DNA from: Deltaproteobacteria bacterium
GTDB lineage: Bacteria; Myxococcota; JACRCW01
DNA length: 64,000 bases
Assembly (NCBI GenBank): GCA_016218805.1
Contig: JACRCW010000080.1
Coordinates: 62,001 to 126,000 of the forward strand
Direction: 5' to 3'
Under the pieces are notes generated by a model. It did no database searches, was not told where the DNA came from, and saw only the letters and a list, made by a program, of their open reading frames with translations. This document shows positions 13,663 through 22,478 of the stretch, piece by piece. Position 1 is the stretch's first letter; every line of letters begins with the position of its first letter. The translations under genes and the position numbers were made by a program.

Positions 13663-14727
13663 ATGACCATCGACTTCCTCGACCAAGCCGCGGCCGCGCT
13701 CCGGGGGAAACGCGTCCTTGTCCGCTCCGACCTGGACGTGCCCACCGAGGCCGGCCGGGTCACCGACGACCACAAGATCCGCGACGCGCTCCCGACGCTG
13801 GAACTGCTGCTGCAGGCCGGGGCGCGTGTGCTGGTGGCCAGCCACCGGGGGCGCACGCGGCGGCCGGGGCCGGAGGATTCGCTGGAGGCGCCGGGAGAGA
13901 CGCTGGCGGAACTGCTGGGCCAGGAGGTGCGCTTCATTGATGAATGCGTGGGTGACGGCGTGAAGATGCTGGCCGGCGAGCTGCAGGACGGTCAGCTGCT
14001 GTTGCTGGAGAATGTGTGCTTCCGCTCCGAAGAAGAACGGGACGACGACACGTTTGCCCGCGCCCTGGCCACGGGGGTGGACGCGTACGTCAACGACGCG
14101 CCGGCGCTGTTGTCCCGCGCGCACGCGTCCATCCACGCGGTCACACGGCACGTGCCGCGGCGCTACGCCGGGCAGCTGGTGCGGTTTGAGCTGGATGCGG
14201 CGCACGCGCTCACCGGCGCGCCGGAGGGCACCGCGGCGCTGCTGCTGGGCGGTGACCGGCTGGCCGGCCGCGAGGGCGTGCTGGCGACGCTGCTGGCGCG
14301 TGCGCGCGTGCTGGTGGTGGGCGGCGGCGTGGGTGAGACGTTCCGCCACGCGGCGGGCATGGCGTGTGACGAGGCCAAGGTGGAGACGGCACGCGTGGCG
14401 GCGGTGCAGCAGGTGCTGGCCACCGCGCGGGACCGCGGCGTGCGCGTGGTGTTCCACGGTGACGACGTGGAGCGGACCACGCTGGAGGACGTGCGCGCGC
14501 TGCTGTGGAGCGGTTCACTGGGGACGCATGACGCGCGGCTGGCGCTGGCGGTGGCGGAGGCCACGCGGCGCGGCACGTTCTCCGTGCTGGCGGGGGATGA
14601 CACGGTGGCGGAGTTGGGCCGCGCGCACGCGCTGGGCGGCTTCCGGCACGTCAGCCGCGCGGGGACCGCGTTCCTGGACCTGGTGGAGGGCCGGGACGTT
14701 CCCGGGCTGCAGGCACTGCACCGCTGA
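13663..14727 (+). CDS. Degenerate phosphoglycerate kinase paralog (probable pseudoenzyme)
   Basis: PGK-like order of motifs, but altered: [42 protein letters not shown]. 354 aa with an intact frame. Confidence 0.85.
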   Translation: MTIDFLDQAAAALRGKRVLVRSDLDVPTEAGRVTDDHKIRDALPTLELLLQAGARVLVASHRGRTRRPGPEDSLEAPGETLAELLGQEVRFIDECVGDGVKMLAGELQDGQLLLLENVCFRSEEERDDDTFARALATGVDAYVNDAPALLSRAHASIHAVTRHVPRRYAGQLVRFELDAAHALTGAPEGTAALLLGGDRLAGREGVLATLLARARVLVVGGGVGETFRHAAGMACDEAKVETARVAAVQQVLATARDRGVRVVFHGDDVERTTLEDVRALLWSGSLGTHDARLALAVAEATRRGTFSVLAGDDTVAELGRAHALGGFRHVSRAGTAFLDLVEGRDVPGLQALHR

Positions 14728-14750
14728 GACAACCGCTTCAGGAGGAGACC

Positions 14751-15518
14751 ATGCGCAAGCCGTTTGTGTGCGGGAACTGGAAGATGAACAAGAACGTGGG
14801 CGAGACGCGGTCCCTGTGCGCGGAGCTGCGCACCGCGCTGGGTGCGTTTTCGCAGGTGGAGCTGGCGGTGGCGCCGGTGTTTGTGTCCCTGCCGGCCGCG
14901 GTGGACGCGCTCAAGGGGACCAACATTGGCGTGGCCGGGCAGGACTGCCACGCCGAAAAGGAGGGCGCGTACACGGGCAATGTGAGCGCGCCCATGCTGT
15001 TTGACGCGGGCTGCCGGTACGTGATCCTGGGTCACAGCGAGCGGCGCACCTACCACGCAGAGACCGACGCGCTCGTCGCCAAGAAGGCGGCGGCGGCGTT
15101 GGCCGCGGGCCTCAACCCCATTGTGTGCGTGGGCGAGACGCTGGCGGAGCGCGATGGCGGCAAGACGCTCACCGTCGTGGAGACGCAGGTGCGCGGCAGC
15201 CTGGCGGACATCCCGGAGGCGCTGGCCGCACGGGTGACGCTCGCCTACGAGCCGGTGTGGGCCATTGGGACGGGGCGCAACGCGACGTCGGCGCAGGCGC
15301 AGGAGGTGCACGCGTTCATCCGCGGCCTGCTGCGCTCCATGGTGCACGGCGAAGCGGACAAGATGCGCATCCAGTACGGCGGCAGCGTGAAGCCGGACAA
15401 CGCCAAGGAGCTGATGGCACAGCCCGACGTCGACGGCGCGCTGGTGGGCGGGGCGTCGCTCAAGGCGGACAGCTTTGCCGCGATTGTGAAAGCCATGCAC
15501 GAGGCGCGCGCGCGCTGA
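14751..15518 (+). CDS. tpiA: Triosephosphate isomerase
   Basis: [27 protein letters not shown] and LVGGASL. Strong RBS AGGAGG. Confidence 0.98.
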   Translation: MRKPFVCGNWKMNKNVGETRSLCAELRTALGAFSQVELAVAPVFVSLPAAVDALKGTNIGVAGQDCHAEKEGAYTGNVSAPMLFDAGCRYVILGHSERRTYHAETDALVAKKAAAALAAGLNPIVCVGETLAERDGGKTLTVVETQVRGSLADIPEALAARVTLAYEPVWAIGTGRNATSAQAQEVHAFIRGLLRSMVHGEADKMRIQYGGSVKPDNAKELMAQPDVDGALVGGASLKADSFAAIVKAMHEARAR

Positions 15519-15527
15519 ACCGCGCCC

Positions 15528-17237
15528 ATGCGCCTGCGGCCGCTCCCCTACAAGACCCTCCCCGACGCGCTGGCCGCCGCGGCGGACGCGGGCGCCGCGC
15601 TCACCCTGCTGGAATGGGACGACCCCGACGCGGGCACGCCGACCTCCACGCGGCGGGTGCCCTACGCGGAGCTCATGGACCGCGCCCGGCGCGCGGCCAC
15701 GGAGCTGCGCGCGGCGGGGGTGATGCGCGGGACGTATGTGCTGATGGTCCTTCCCAACGGGCTGGACTTTGTCATCACGTTCTTTGCCGTCCTGCTTGCC
15801 GGCGGCGTGCCGGTGCCGCAGCCCTACCCGGCGCCGTTTGACGACCCCGATGCGCTGCTGTGGAACTTTGAGCGCATCCTGGAGCGCACACGCGGGGGCC
15901 TGCTGGTGCTGTCAGAACCGCTCATGGAGCGCTGGGCAGCCGAGCCGCGCCTGGGCCCGCTGGCGCGCACGGGTGCGCCGCCGGCGCGCGCGGAACCGCT
16001 GGCGGAGGTCGCCGTGCTGGCCCCTGAGGACGTGGCGTTCGTGCAGTTCACGTCGGGGAGCACGGGCCACCCCAAGGGCGTGATGCTCACGCACCACAAC
16101 CTGTTGTCCAACTGCGCGGCCATTGGCATGGGCCTGCACATGCAGCGCGGCGAAGTGGGCGTCAGCTGGCTGCCGCTGTGCCATGACATGGGTCTCATCG
16201 GCGCGTGGCTGGCCACCATGTGCCACCACATGGACCTGGTGCTGATGAGCCCGTTTGACTTCGTCGTCGATCCGCTGCGCTGGCCGTGGGCGCTGTCGCA
16301 GTTCAGGGGTGCCATCTCCACTTCGCCCAACTTTGGCTACGCGCTGTGCGTGCGGGCGCGGCGTTCCGCCGTGGACGCCGCAACGCTGGACCTGTCATCC
16401 TGGCGCGCGGCGCTGTGCGGCGCGGAGCCGGTCAGCGCGGACACGCTGCAGCGCTTTGCCGAGCGCTTCCGCGGGCACGGTTTCAACGCGCACGCGCTGC
16501 TGCCGGTGTTTGGCCTGGCGGAGGCGTCCCTGGCGGTCACCTTCCCCAAGCCAGGCGTGCCGCTGCACGTGGACCACGTGGACCGCAATGCGCTGTCTGA
16601 TGCGCGGCGCGCCATTCCCTCACCGCCGGGGATGCCGTGGTCCGTGGGCCTCACCGCGCTGGGCACGCACGTGGCGGGTCACCGCGTGCGCGTGGTGGAC
16701 GAGCACGACCGGCCACGGGCCGAGCGTGAGGTGGGCGAGATCTGCGTGCGCGGACCGTCGGTGACGCCGGGTTACCTCAACGACACCGCGGCCACCCAGG
16801 ACCTGCTGCGCGGCGGGTGGATGCACACCGGGGACCTTGGTTACGTGGTGGACGGGCAGCTGTACGTGTGCGGCCGCAGCAAGGACGTGATCATCTTCCG
16901 CGGCCGCAAGTACTACCCGCAGGACCTGGAGCGCGCGGCCCAGGACGTGGAGGGGGTGCGCAAGGGCAACGTGGTGGCATTCAGTGACATGGACCCCGGC
17001 GGTGGCGTGGAGCGGGTGACCCTGGTGCTGGAGTCCCGGGCGGACGGGGAGGACAAGGCGGCGCTGCCGGGGCGGGTCCGCGCGCGCGTGTCGGAGTGCA
17101 CCGGGGTACCCGTGGAGCGCGTGGTGGTGCTCTCCCCCGGCGAGCTTCCCAAGACGCCGTCGGGAAAGCTGCGGCGCCTGGAATGCCGGGCCCGGTTCCT
17201 TCCCCCGCACGCACGGGAACCGGGGTCCCAGCTGTGA
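15528..17237 (+). CDS. Fatty acyl-AMP ligase (FAAL-type adenylating enzyme)
   Basis: FVQFTSGSTGHPKG, SWLPLCHDMGLIG, FGLAEASLAV, TGDLG and LPKTPSGKLRR. Confidence 0.9.
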   Translation: MRLRPLPYKTLPDALAAAADAGAALTLLEWDDPDAGTPTSTRRVPYAELMDRARRAATELRAAGVMRGTYVLMVLPNGLDFVITFFAVLLAGGVPVPQPYPAPFDDPDALLWNFERILERTRGGLLVLSEPLMERWAAEPRLGPLARTGAPPARAEPLAEVAVLAPEDVAFVQFTSGSTGHPKGVMLTHHNLLSNCAAIGMGLHMQRGEVGVSWLPLCHDMGLIGAWLATMCHHMDLVLMSPFDFVVDPLRWPWALSQFRGAISTSPNFGYALCVRARRSAVDAATLDLSSWRAALCGAEPVSADTLQRFAERFRGHGFNAHALLPVFGLAEASLAVTFPKPGVPLHVDHVDRNALSDARRAIPSPPGMPWSVGLTALGTHVAGHRVRVVDEHDRPRAEREVGEICVRGPSVTPGYLNDTAATQDLLRGGWMHTGDLGYVVDGQLYVCGRSKDVIIFRGRKYYPQDLERAAQDVEGVRKGNVVAFSDMDPGGGVERVTLVLESRADGEDKAALPGRVRARVSECTGVPVERVVVLSPGELPKTPSGKLRRLECRARFLPPHAREPGSQL

Positions 17238-17340
17238 CCAGACTTGGCAGACTGTAAGCGGTGCGACGCTGCCTCGCGGATGGAATGGCTCCACGCCGTT
17301 CCCGTTCCCATCCTCAGCAATGACCAGGAACGGGTCCGGG

Positions 17341-17706
17341 TCAGCAGGCAACAACGTCAAGGGACGGGTCCAGGTGGCGGATGTCGCCGGCGTCGCTGGT
17401 GAGGACCACGGCATGTTGAACCCGCGCGGCGATCACCACGCTCGCGTCCACGACGTCCGATGTTCCGCGGGCGCCACACAACACGCCAGCCGCCTGCGCC
17501 TCCAGTTCATCCAGGGGCCGGACGGTGACGGCAGCCGACCCCACCAGGCGAGCCAGGCGCACGTGCCGTGAACCATCACGCCACGCCTGCGCCAATACGC
17601 CCGCAGGCACGTACAGCGGCACCCGGTGAAGAACCGCAAGTTCAACCAGTCGCCGCACGCGCGGGAGATTGCGTTCAAACGCGATCAATGCGCCCGTATC
17701 CAGCAC
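17341..17706 (-). CDS. PIN-domain (VapC-like) protein, possibly with a damaged 5' end; no antitoxin visible
   Basis: VLDTGALIA...VLAQAWR...DVVDASVV...VLTSDAGD. The upstream in-frame ARKVPRPV has no start codon and is closed by a TGA. Confidence 0.78.
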   Translation of the reverse strand: MLDTGALIAFERNLPRVRRLVELAVLHRVPLYVPAGVLAQAWRDGSRHVRLARLVGSAAVTVRPLDELEAQAAGVLCGARGTSDVVDASVVIAARVQHAVVLTSDAGDIRHLDPSLDVVAC

Positions 17707-18033
17707 GACAGGCCGAGGAACCTTGCGTGCCGCGGGGCCTCAACCGGGAGGGTTGGGCGGGGTGCGAACCCAGGCCGGTGGACCTGCGGTTGGGGAGGGC
17801 CCGCCTCCCGGCCTCCCGGCGAGCCCCGTGCAGAGGGTCGGTTTGGCGCCGTGCGCAACCCAAGCGGCTCGGCAGGAGCGCAGGAGCCGAGCCCTCCATG
17901 CTGTTCTGGGACAACTGGGGGCCAACTGCGAGACGCCCCAAGCACCGGGTGGACCCGGCGCGGCGGGGTGCGCGCATGTGCGTCCCCCGTCGGGGTTGAC
18001 CGGTTGCCGGAAGCCGCTAGCATCCGGCGCACC

Positions 18034-18462
18034 ATGACAACGCGCCTGTTCACGGCGGGTTTCCTCGGGTGCCTCCTTGCGGTTGGCGCTGCGGATGCCG
18101 CCCCCAAGAAGCCACCGCCCCCACCGCCGGCCAAGCGGCCAGCCGCCCCGGCGCCCGCCCGGCCCGCCCCACCTCCCAGCGCGCCGGAGGCCGCGGCGCC
18201 GGCACCGGCGGGCCCTCGGGCTGGGGCGGGCGGCAGCCCGGCGTCCCGCAAGACCGCCGCCGAGGCGCAGGACTCCGCCGTGGACGCCGCGGCGGCGGCG
18301 CGCAAGGGCCCCACGCGCGTGGACTTTGACGACCGGCTGGTGCAGGGGCAGTCCACCAAGCAGGGCGCCATCTACCTGTTCGAGCGCAAGGAGTCCGCGC
18401 TGCGCAGCATGCTGCGCAAGCGGGAGAGCTTCCGTTCGGAGATTTCGGGCAGCATCCAGTGA
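18034..18462 (+). CDS. GltF/CglF-like small exported protein
   Basis: Signal peptide, Pro-rich linker and C-terminal VDFDDRLVQGQSTKQGAIYLFERKESALRSMLRKRESFRSEI, resembling the CglF/GltF motif. TTGACC-N16-TAGCAT upstream. Confidence 0.7.
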   Translation: MTTRLFTAGFLGCLLAVGAADAAPKKPPPPPPAKRPAAPAPARPAPPPSAPEAAAPAPAGPRAGAGGSPASRKTAAEAQDSAVDAAAAARKGPTRVDFDDRLVQGQSTKQGAIYLFERKESALRSMLRKRESFRSEISGSIQ

Positions 18463-18496
18463 ACCGTCCCGGCCGGGACAACGACGGGGGTCCGCC

Positions 18497-20767
18497 GTGA
18501 GCTGGGTTTTCCAGGTGTTTGTGTTCCGGGACGGCGAGTTCCTTGGGACGGAGATGGCGGCGGGCAGCCGGGTGGAGTTTGGCCGGGACCCGGGCTGCGG
18601 CGTGGTCATCCAGGACGACCAGGCCTCCCGCAAGCACCTGGTCATCCAGGTTTCGCCGACGGGCGACGTGATGGTGCAGGACCTGGGCAGCGCGAACGGC
18701 ACCTATGTCAACGGGCAACGCCTGGGCGGGCCGGTGCTGCTGTCCGCGCGTGACGACGTCCGCGTGGGCCGCCACACGTTCAAGGTCAAAGCGATCAACC
18801 AAGCCGCGCAACCCGGCGGCTTTGCCGATGTGTCCACCAACGTCTCGGCGGAGCAGGCGCCGCCACCACCACCGCCGGCTGCGCGCGCGGCCCCGGCGGC
18901 AGCACGGCCCGCACCGCCTCCACCGCCTCCACCGCCGCCACCGCCACCGCCGCCACCCGCGGCCCGCGCCGGCGGCGTGCCCCGCATCGGTGACAATGAT
19001 CTCACGGAAGAGGAGATGGTGCTGCCCACCCGCGGTGCGCGGCCCACCTCCGGGCCCGCACTGCCACCGGTTGCCGCGGCCACCCCTGCCGCCGCGGCGC
19101 GGGGGCGGCCGGCGCCGCCACCCGTCCCGCCCCCTTCGGATCCCACGCAGGTGTCGCCGCTGCCCCAGGCGTATGTCCCCGCGCCGCCGCCCGCGGCCCC
19201 GGTCCGCGCGCCCGCGCCTCCGGCGGCGCGGCCCACCCCCGCGGCGGCCGTGGCGCGCCCCACGCCGGCCGCCCCCGTGGCGCAGCCCATGCCCCCCGCC
19301 CCGGTGGCCGTGGAGGCCACGGTCCCCGCGGCTCACGCCGTGGCGCCGTTTGTCCCCGTCCATGACGAGGAGGACGAGGACGCAGAGCACGAGGACGACG
19401 GCCCGTTCTTTGAGTTCAGCCTGGTGGACCACCTGGCGCGGGAGAAGCGCCTCACCGGCACGCGCAGCCTGTCCGAGGTGATGCACCTGGACGGGGACGC
19501 GCTGAAGGGCTACGCGGCGCTGCCTTCCGGCGGGAAGCACCGCATCCGGCTGCCCTCCGCGGACGGCGTGAAGCCCGGCAAGAAGCACCTGCTCATCAAG
19601 TCCGGCAAAGACGGCGCGGAGCTGTTCCCGGTGGCCGGGATGACCGGGCGGGTGATGGTGTCCGGGCAGGCTCAGGACGTGGCGGCGCTGGCCGGCGCGG
19701 GCAAGGTGCACCTGAAGGTGGGGGACGGCGCCAGCCTGCGGATGGGGCGGGACGCGTACTTCCTGCGGGTGACGCCGGCACCGTCGGAACTCAAGGAGAC
19801 CGTCAAGTACGTTCCCGACGACACCGCGCAGCGGCGGCAGGACCGCAAGGTGGCGGGCATCTCGGCGGGCGGCAGCGTGGCCACACACGGCGCGCTCATC
19901 CTGGCCATGTTCATTGCCTCGCTGCTCAACCCCAACACGCGGGTCACCCAGCTGGAAGATGAGTTTGCCGAGATCAAGATGCCGGAGGTGCAGCTGGAAC
20001 CGCCCCCCGAGCCGGAGCCCGAGCCGCCGCCCCAGGCGGAGCCGCCCCCGCCGCCGCCGGACATGAAGCAGCCCAAGCCGCTGCAGAAGGTCCCCAAGGC
20101 GCGGCCGGTGGGCAAGCAGCCCAACACGCCGGCGCCGGAGGCCCCCGCGCCCAAGCCGGGCATCCTGGCCGCGCTCACCAAGCTGCCGGTGAGCAAGCAG
20201 AACGCCGGGTCCCAGACGGTGCTGGCGGCGGTGTCCAACATCAATGCGGTCAAGGTCCCCGGCGGGCAGACGGGCTTCAAGGTCAGCGCGCTCATTGGCA
20301 AGGGGCCGGCCAACTCCGTGCAGATTGGCGGGTCCGGCGGCGGCGTGGCCACCAAGGGGCTCAACAGCATCCTGCGCGAAGGCGGCGCGGGGGTGCTGGG
20401 CGGCAAGGGCACCGGCGTGGTCCGGGCGGCGCCCACCATGGCCATGCACCGCCAGGCCACCGCGCAGGGCGAACTGAGCCGCGAGGAGATTGCCAAGGTG
20501 ATCAACCAGCACCTGGGCGAGATCCAGTTCTGTTACGAAAAGGAACTGCTGCGGCAGCCGGGCCTGCAGGGCAAGGTCGTGTTCGAGTGGACCATCAAGC
20601 AGGACGGCCGGGTCCTGGTGGTGAAAACCAAGGTGGGCCAGCTGCCCAGCGCGGGGGCCACCAACTGCATGATTGACAAGATCAAGACGTGGCAGTTTCC
20701 CAAACCCCGGGGCAACGGGGTAGTGGTGGTGACGTACCCCTTCGTCTTCAAACAATCCGGCTTCTGA
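18497..20767 (+). CDS. GltG/PglI-like protein: FHA domain, Pro-rich region, TM helix, TonB-C-like domain
   Basis: FHA motifs FGRD, ASRKH and DLGSANGTYVNG. TM helix SVATHGALILAMFIASLL. C-terminal IQFCYEKELLRQPGLQGKV...WQFPKPRGNGVVVVTYPFVF. Confidence 0.85.
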   Translation: MSWVFQVFVFRDGEFLGTEMAAGSRVEFGRDPGCGVVIQDDQASRKHLVIQVSPTGDVMVQDLGSANGTYVNGQRLGGPVLLSARDDVRVGRHTFKVKAINQAAQPGGFADVSTNVSAEQAPPPPPPAARAAPAAARPAPPPPPPPPPPPPPPPAARAGGVPRIGDNDLTEEEMVLPTRGARPTSGPALPPVAAATPAAAARGRPAPPPVPPPSDPTQVSPLPQAYVPAPPPAAPVRAPAPPAARPTPAAAVARPTPAAPVAQPMPPAPVAVEATVPAAHAVAPFVPVHDEEDEDAEHEDDGPFFEFSLVDHLAREKRLTGTRSLSEVMHLDGDALKGYAALPSGGKHRIRLPSADGVKPGKKHLLIKSGKDGAELFPVAGMTGRVMVSGQAQDVAALAGAGKVHLKVGDGASLRMGRDAYFLRVTPAPSELKETVKYVPDDTAQRRQDRKVAGISAGGSVATHGALILAMFIASLLNPNTRVTQLEDEFAEIKMPEVQLEPPPEPEPEPPPQAEPPPPPPDMKQPKPLQKVPKARPVGKQPNTPAPEAPAPKPGILAALTKLPVSKQNAGSQTVLAAVSNINAVKVPGGQTGFKVSALIGKGPANSVQIGGSGGGVATKGLNSILREGGAGVLGGKGTGVVRAAPTMAMHRQATAQGELSREEIAKVINQHLGEIQFCYEKELLRQPGLQGKVVFEWTIKQDGRVLVVKTKVGQLPSAGATNCMIDKIKTWQFPKPRGNGVVVVTYPFVFKQSGF

Positions 20768-20826
20768 GGCGCCGGGGGTTTCTGTGACGGCACCTCGGGC
20801 CCGCACGCACCGGACGGCAGGCGCAC

Positions 20827-21558
20827 GTGATCACCTCCAGGCAAGCCCAGACACCCCAGTCCGTCCGCGCGGCGCTCACGGGCGCGGTGCTGCTGTGCGC
20901 GCTGCTCGCGCCGGGCGGCGTCCACGCACTGTCCAACCCGCTGGCCGGCTATGACGACGAAGAAGCCGCCTACAAGGCGGACGTGGTGCAGAGCCGGCGG
21001 TTCGGCAAGCTGCACGAGTTCTCGCTGTCCGGCGGCGTGTTCCCCGGGGACGCGCTGTACGTGGGGTTCGCCGGCACGTTCCGCTACACGCTGCACCTCA
21101 GTGACCTGTGGGCGTGGGAGATTGCCGGCGGGACGTACTCGTTTGACCTGTCCACCGGCGCGGAGAAGCGGATGCTGGACCGCTACGCGCTCAAGTTCAC
21201 GGACACCGAGCGCCTGCTGGTGTTGGCCGAAAGCAACGTGATGGTGAAACCCATCTACGGCAAGTTCACCGTGTTCAACCGGTGGATCTGGTACGCGGAG
21301 CCCTACCTGCTGGCCGGGGCGGCCATCACCCGCTACACGGCCAGCTGGCGCGTGGGACCTGACGTGGGCGCCGGCGTGCGCTTCCACCTGTTTGACTGGT
21401 TGGCCCTGCACCTGGACGGCCGCTACTACATGCTGTGGTCCGGGCTGCCCGCGCGGCCCACCTCGCCGGCGGACCTGCTCACTGGCCCCAGCACGCTCAC
21501 CAACGTCTACTACCTGGGCGCGGGGGTCAGCTTCCTCGTGTGGGATCGGTCGCCATGA
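20827..21558 (+). CDS. Myxobacterial outer-membrane beta-barrel protein (GltA/B/H-like)
   Basis: Signal peptide; VVQSRRF..HEFSLSGG..PGDALY..YTLHLSDLWAWE; KPIYGKF; terminal GAGVSF strand. Confidence 0.8.
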   Translation: MITSRQAQTPQSVRAALTGAVLLCALLAPGGVHALSNPLAGYDDEEAAYKADVVQSRRFGKLHEFSLSGGVFPGDALYVGFAGTFRYTLHLSDLWAWEIAGGTYSFDLSTGAEKRMLDRYALKFTDTERLLVLAESNVMVKPIYGKFTVFNRWIWYAEPYLLAGAAITRYTASWRVGPDVGAGVRFHLFDWLALHLDGRYYMLWSGLPARPTSPADLLTGPSTLTNVYYLGAGVSFLVWDRSP

Positions 21559-22478
21559 ACCAACTCCACCGCTGCACGTGGCTCGGCAGGAGCCTCGCCC
21601 TCCCAGGCTGCGCGCTGGTGCTGGCCTTGCTGGTCAGCCCATCCGCGCAGGCCCAGGACCGCCGCGTCATCCAGAACCGCACCTACGCGGTCAACCACGA
21701 ACTGCAGGCGGAACTGGGGCTGCTGCCGCTGGACGTCCTGTACAAGGCGCCCACCGTCAGCCTGCGCTACCAGTGGCACATCAACGACTACGTCGGCTGG
21801 GAGGTGCTGTCGGTCACCTACGCGCCCACCACGGACCTGTCACTGCTGCCGCTGGATTTTGGCCCGTTTCAATTCAACCACTTCAGTTCCCAGGGCAATG
21901 AGCTGCAGGACAACTTTGGTTACCGCCCCTTTGACATTGACCAGATCCGCTTCATTGCCGAGAGCAACTTTGTCCTCACGCCGCTGTACGGGAAATTCAG
22001 CCTGTTCAACCGTTCCAATGCGCGCCTGGAGCTGTTCGGGCTGGGTGGCGCCGCGCTGGCCAACTACATTGCGTGGAATCCGTGGCCGCCCGATCCGCTG
22101 GCCGCCTTGCCCGGCGCGCCGGCGCTGCCCTCGCAACCCTCGGATTTTGTCCCCATGGGCGGCCAGACGCTGCTGCTGCGGCCCGGGCTGGACATTGGTG
22201 GCGGCACGCGGCTGTTCCTGGGCCAGCGGGTGAGCGTGCGGCTGGACGCGCGCGCGTACGGGTTCTTTGAAGGCTACCGCTGCCTGGACCTCTCCCCCGT
22301 CACGTCGCTGCCGCTGCTCAACCAGCTCTCCTGCCCGGATGCGTCCCCGGACAAGCGGGACAGCCGCAACCGCCTGTTCCCCTCCAGCCCGCGCGAAGCG
22401 CCGAGCCTGCCGTTCGGTGTATCGCCGGCGCTGTACATCGGCACCGGCATCTCCGTGAGCCTGGGAGGTGGGTCGTGA
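21555..22478 (+). CDS. Second myxobacterial outer-membrane beta-barrel protein (GltA/B/H-like)
   Basis: VIQNRTY..HELQAELGLLPLD.LYK, TPLYGKFSLFN and terminal GTGISVSL. ATGA overlap with the previous gene. Paralogous to 20827-21558. Confidence 0.8.
   Translation: MNQLHRCTWLGRSLALPGCALVLALLVSPSAQAQDRRVIQNRTYAVNHELQAELGLLPLDVLYKAPTVSLRYQWHINDYVGWEVLSVTYAPTTDLSLLPLDFGPFQFNHFSSQGNELQDNFGYRPFDIDQIRFIAESNFVLTPLYGKFSLFNRSNARLELFGLGGAALANYIAWNPWPPDPLAALPGAPALPSQPSDFVPMGGQTLLLRPGLDIGGGTRLFLGQRVSVRLDARAYGFFEGYRCLDLSPVTSLPLLNQLSCPDASPDKRDSRNRLFPSSPREAPSLPFGVSPALYIGTGISVSLGGGS

Noticed and set aside
14700..14760. Thermotoga-like PGK-TPI frameshift fusion
   Set aside because: The PGK-like gene ends at a TGA (14727), tpiA has its own strong RBS, and no slippery sequence is seen.
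17278..17313. GGATGGAATGG resembling the sRNA repeat
   Set aside because: Single copy between convergent genes, pairing locally with CCGTTCCCATCC; more likely a terminator-like hairpin or chance.
18860..18960. CCG/CCA-rich tandem-like repeats (also near 22540 and 57450)
   Set aside because: They encode polyproline or Thr linkers. No repeat-spacer periodicity, so not CRISPR or a mobile repeat; no cas genes in the window.
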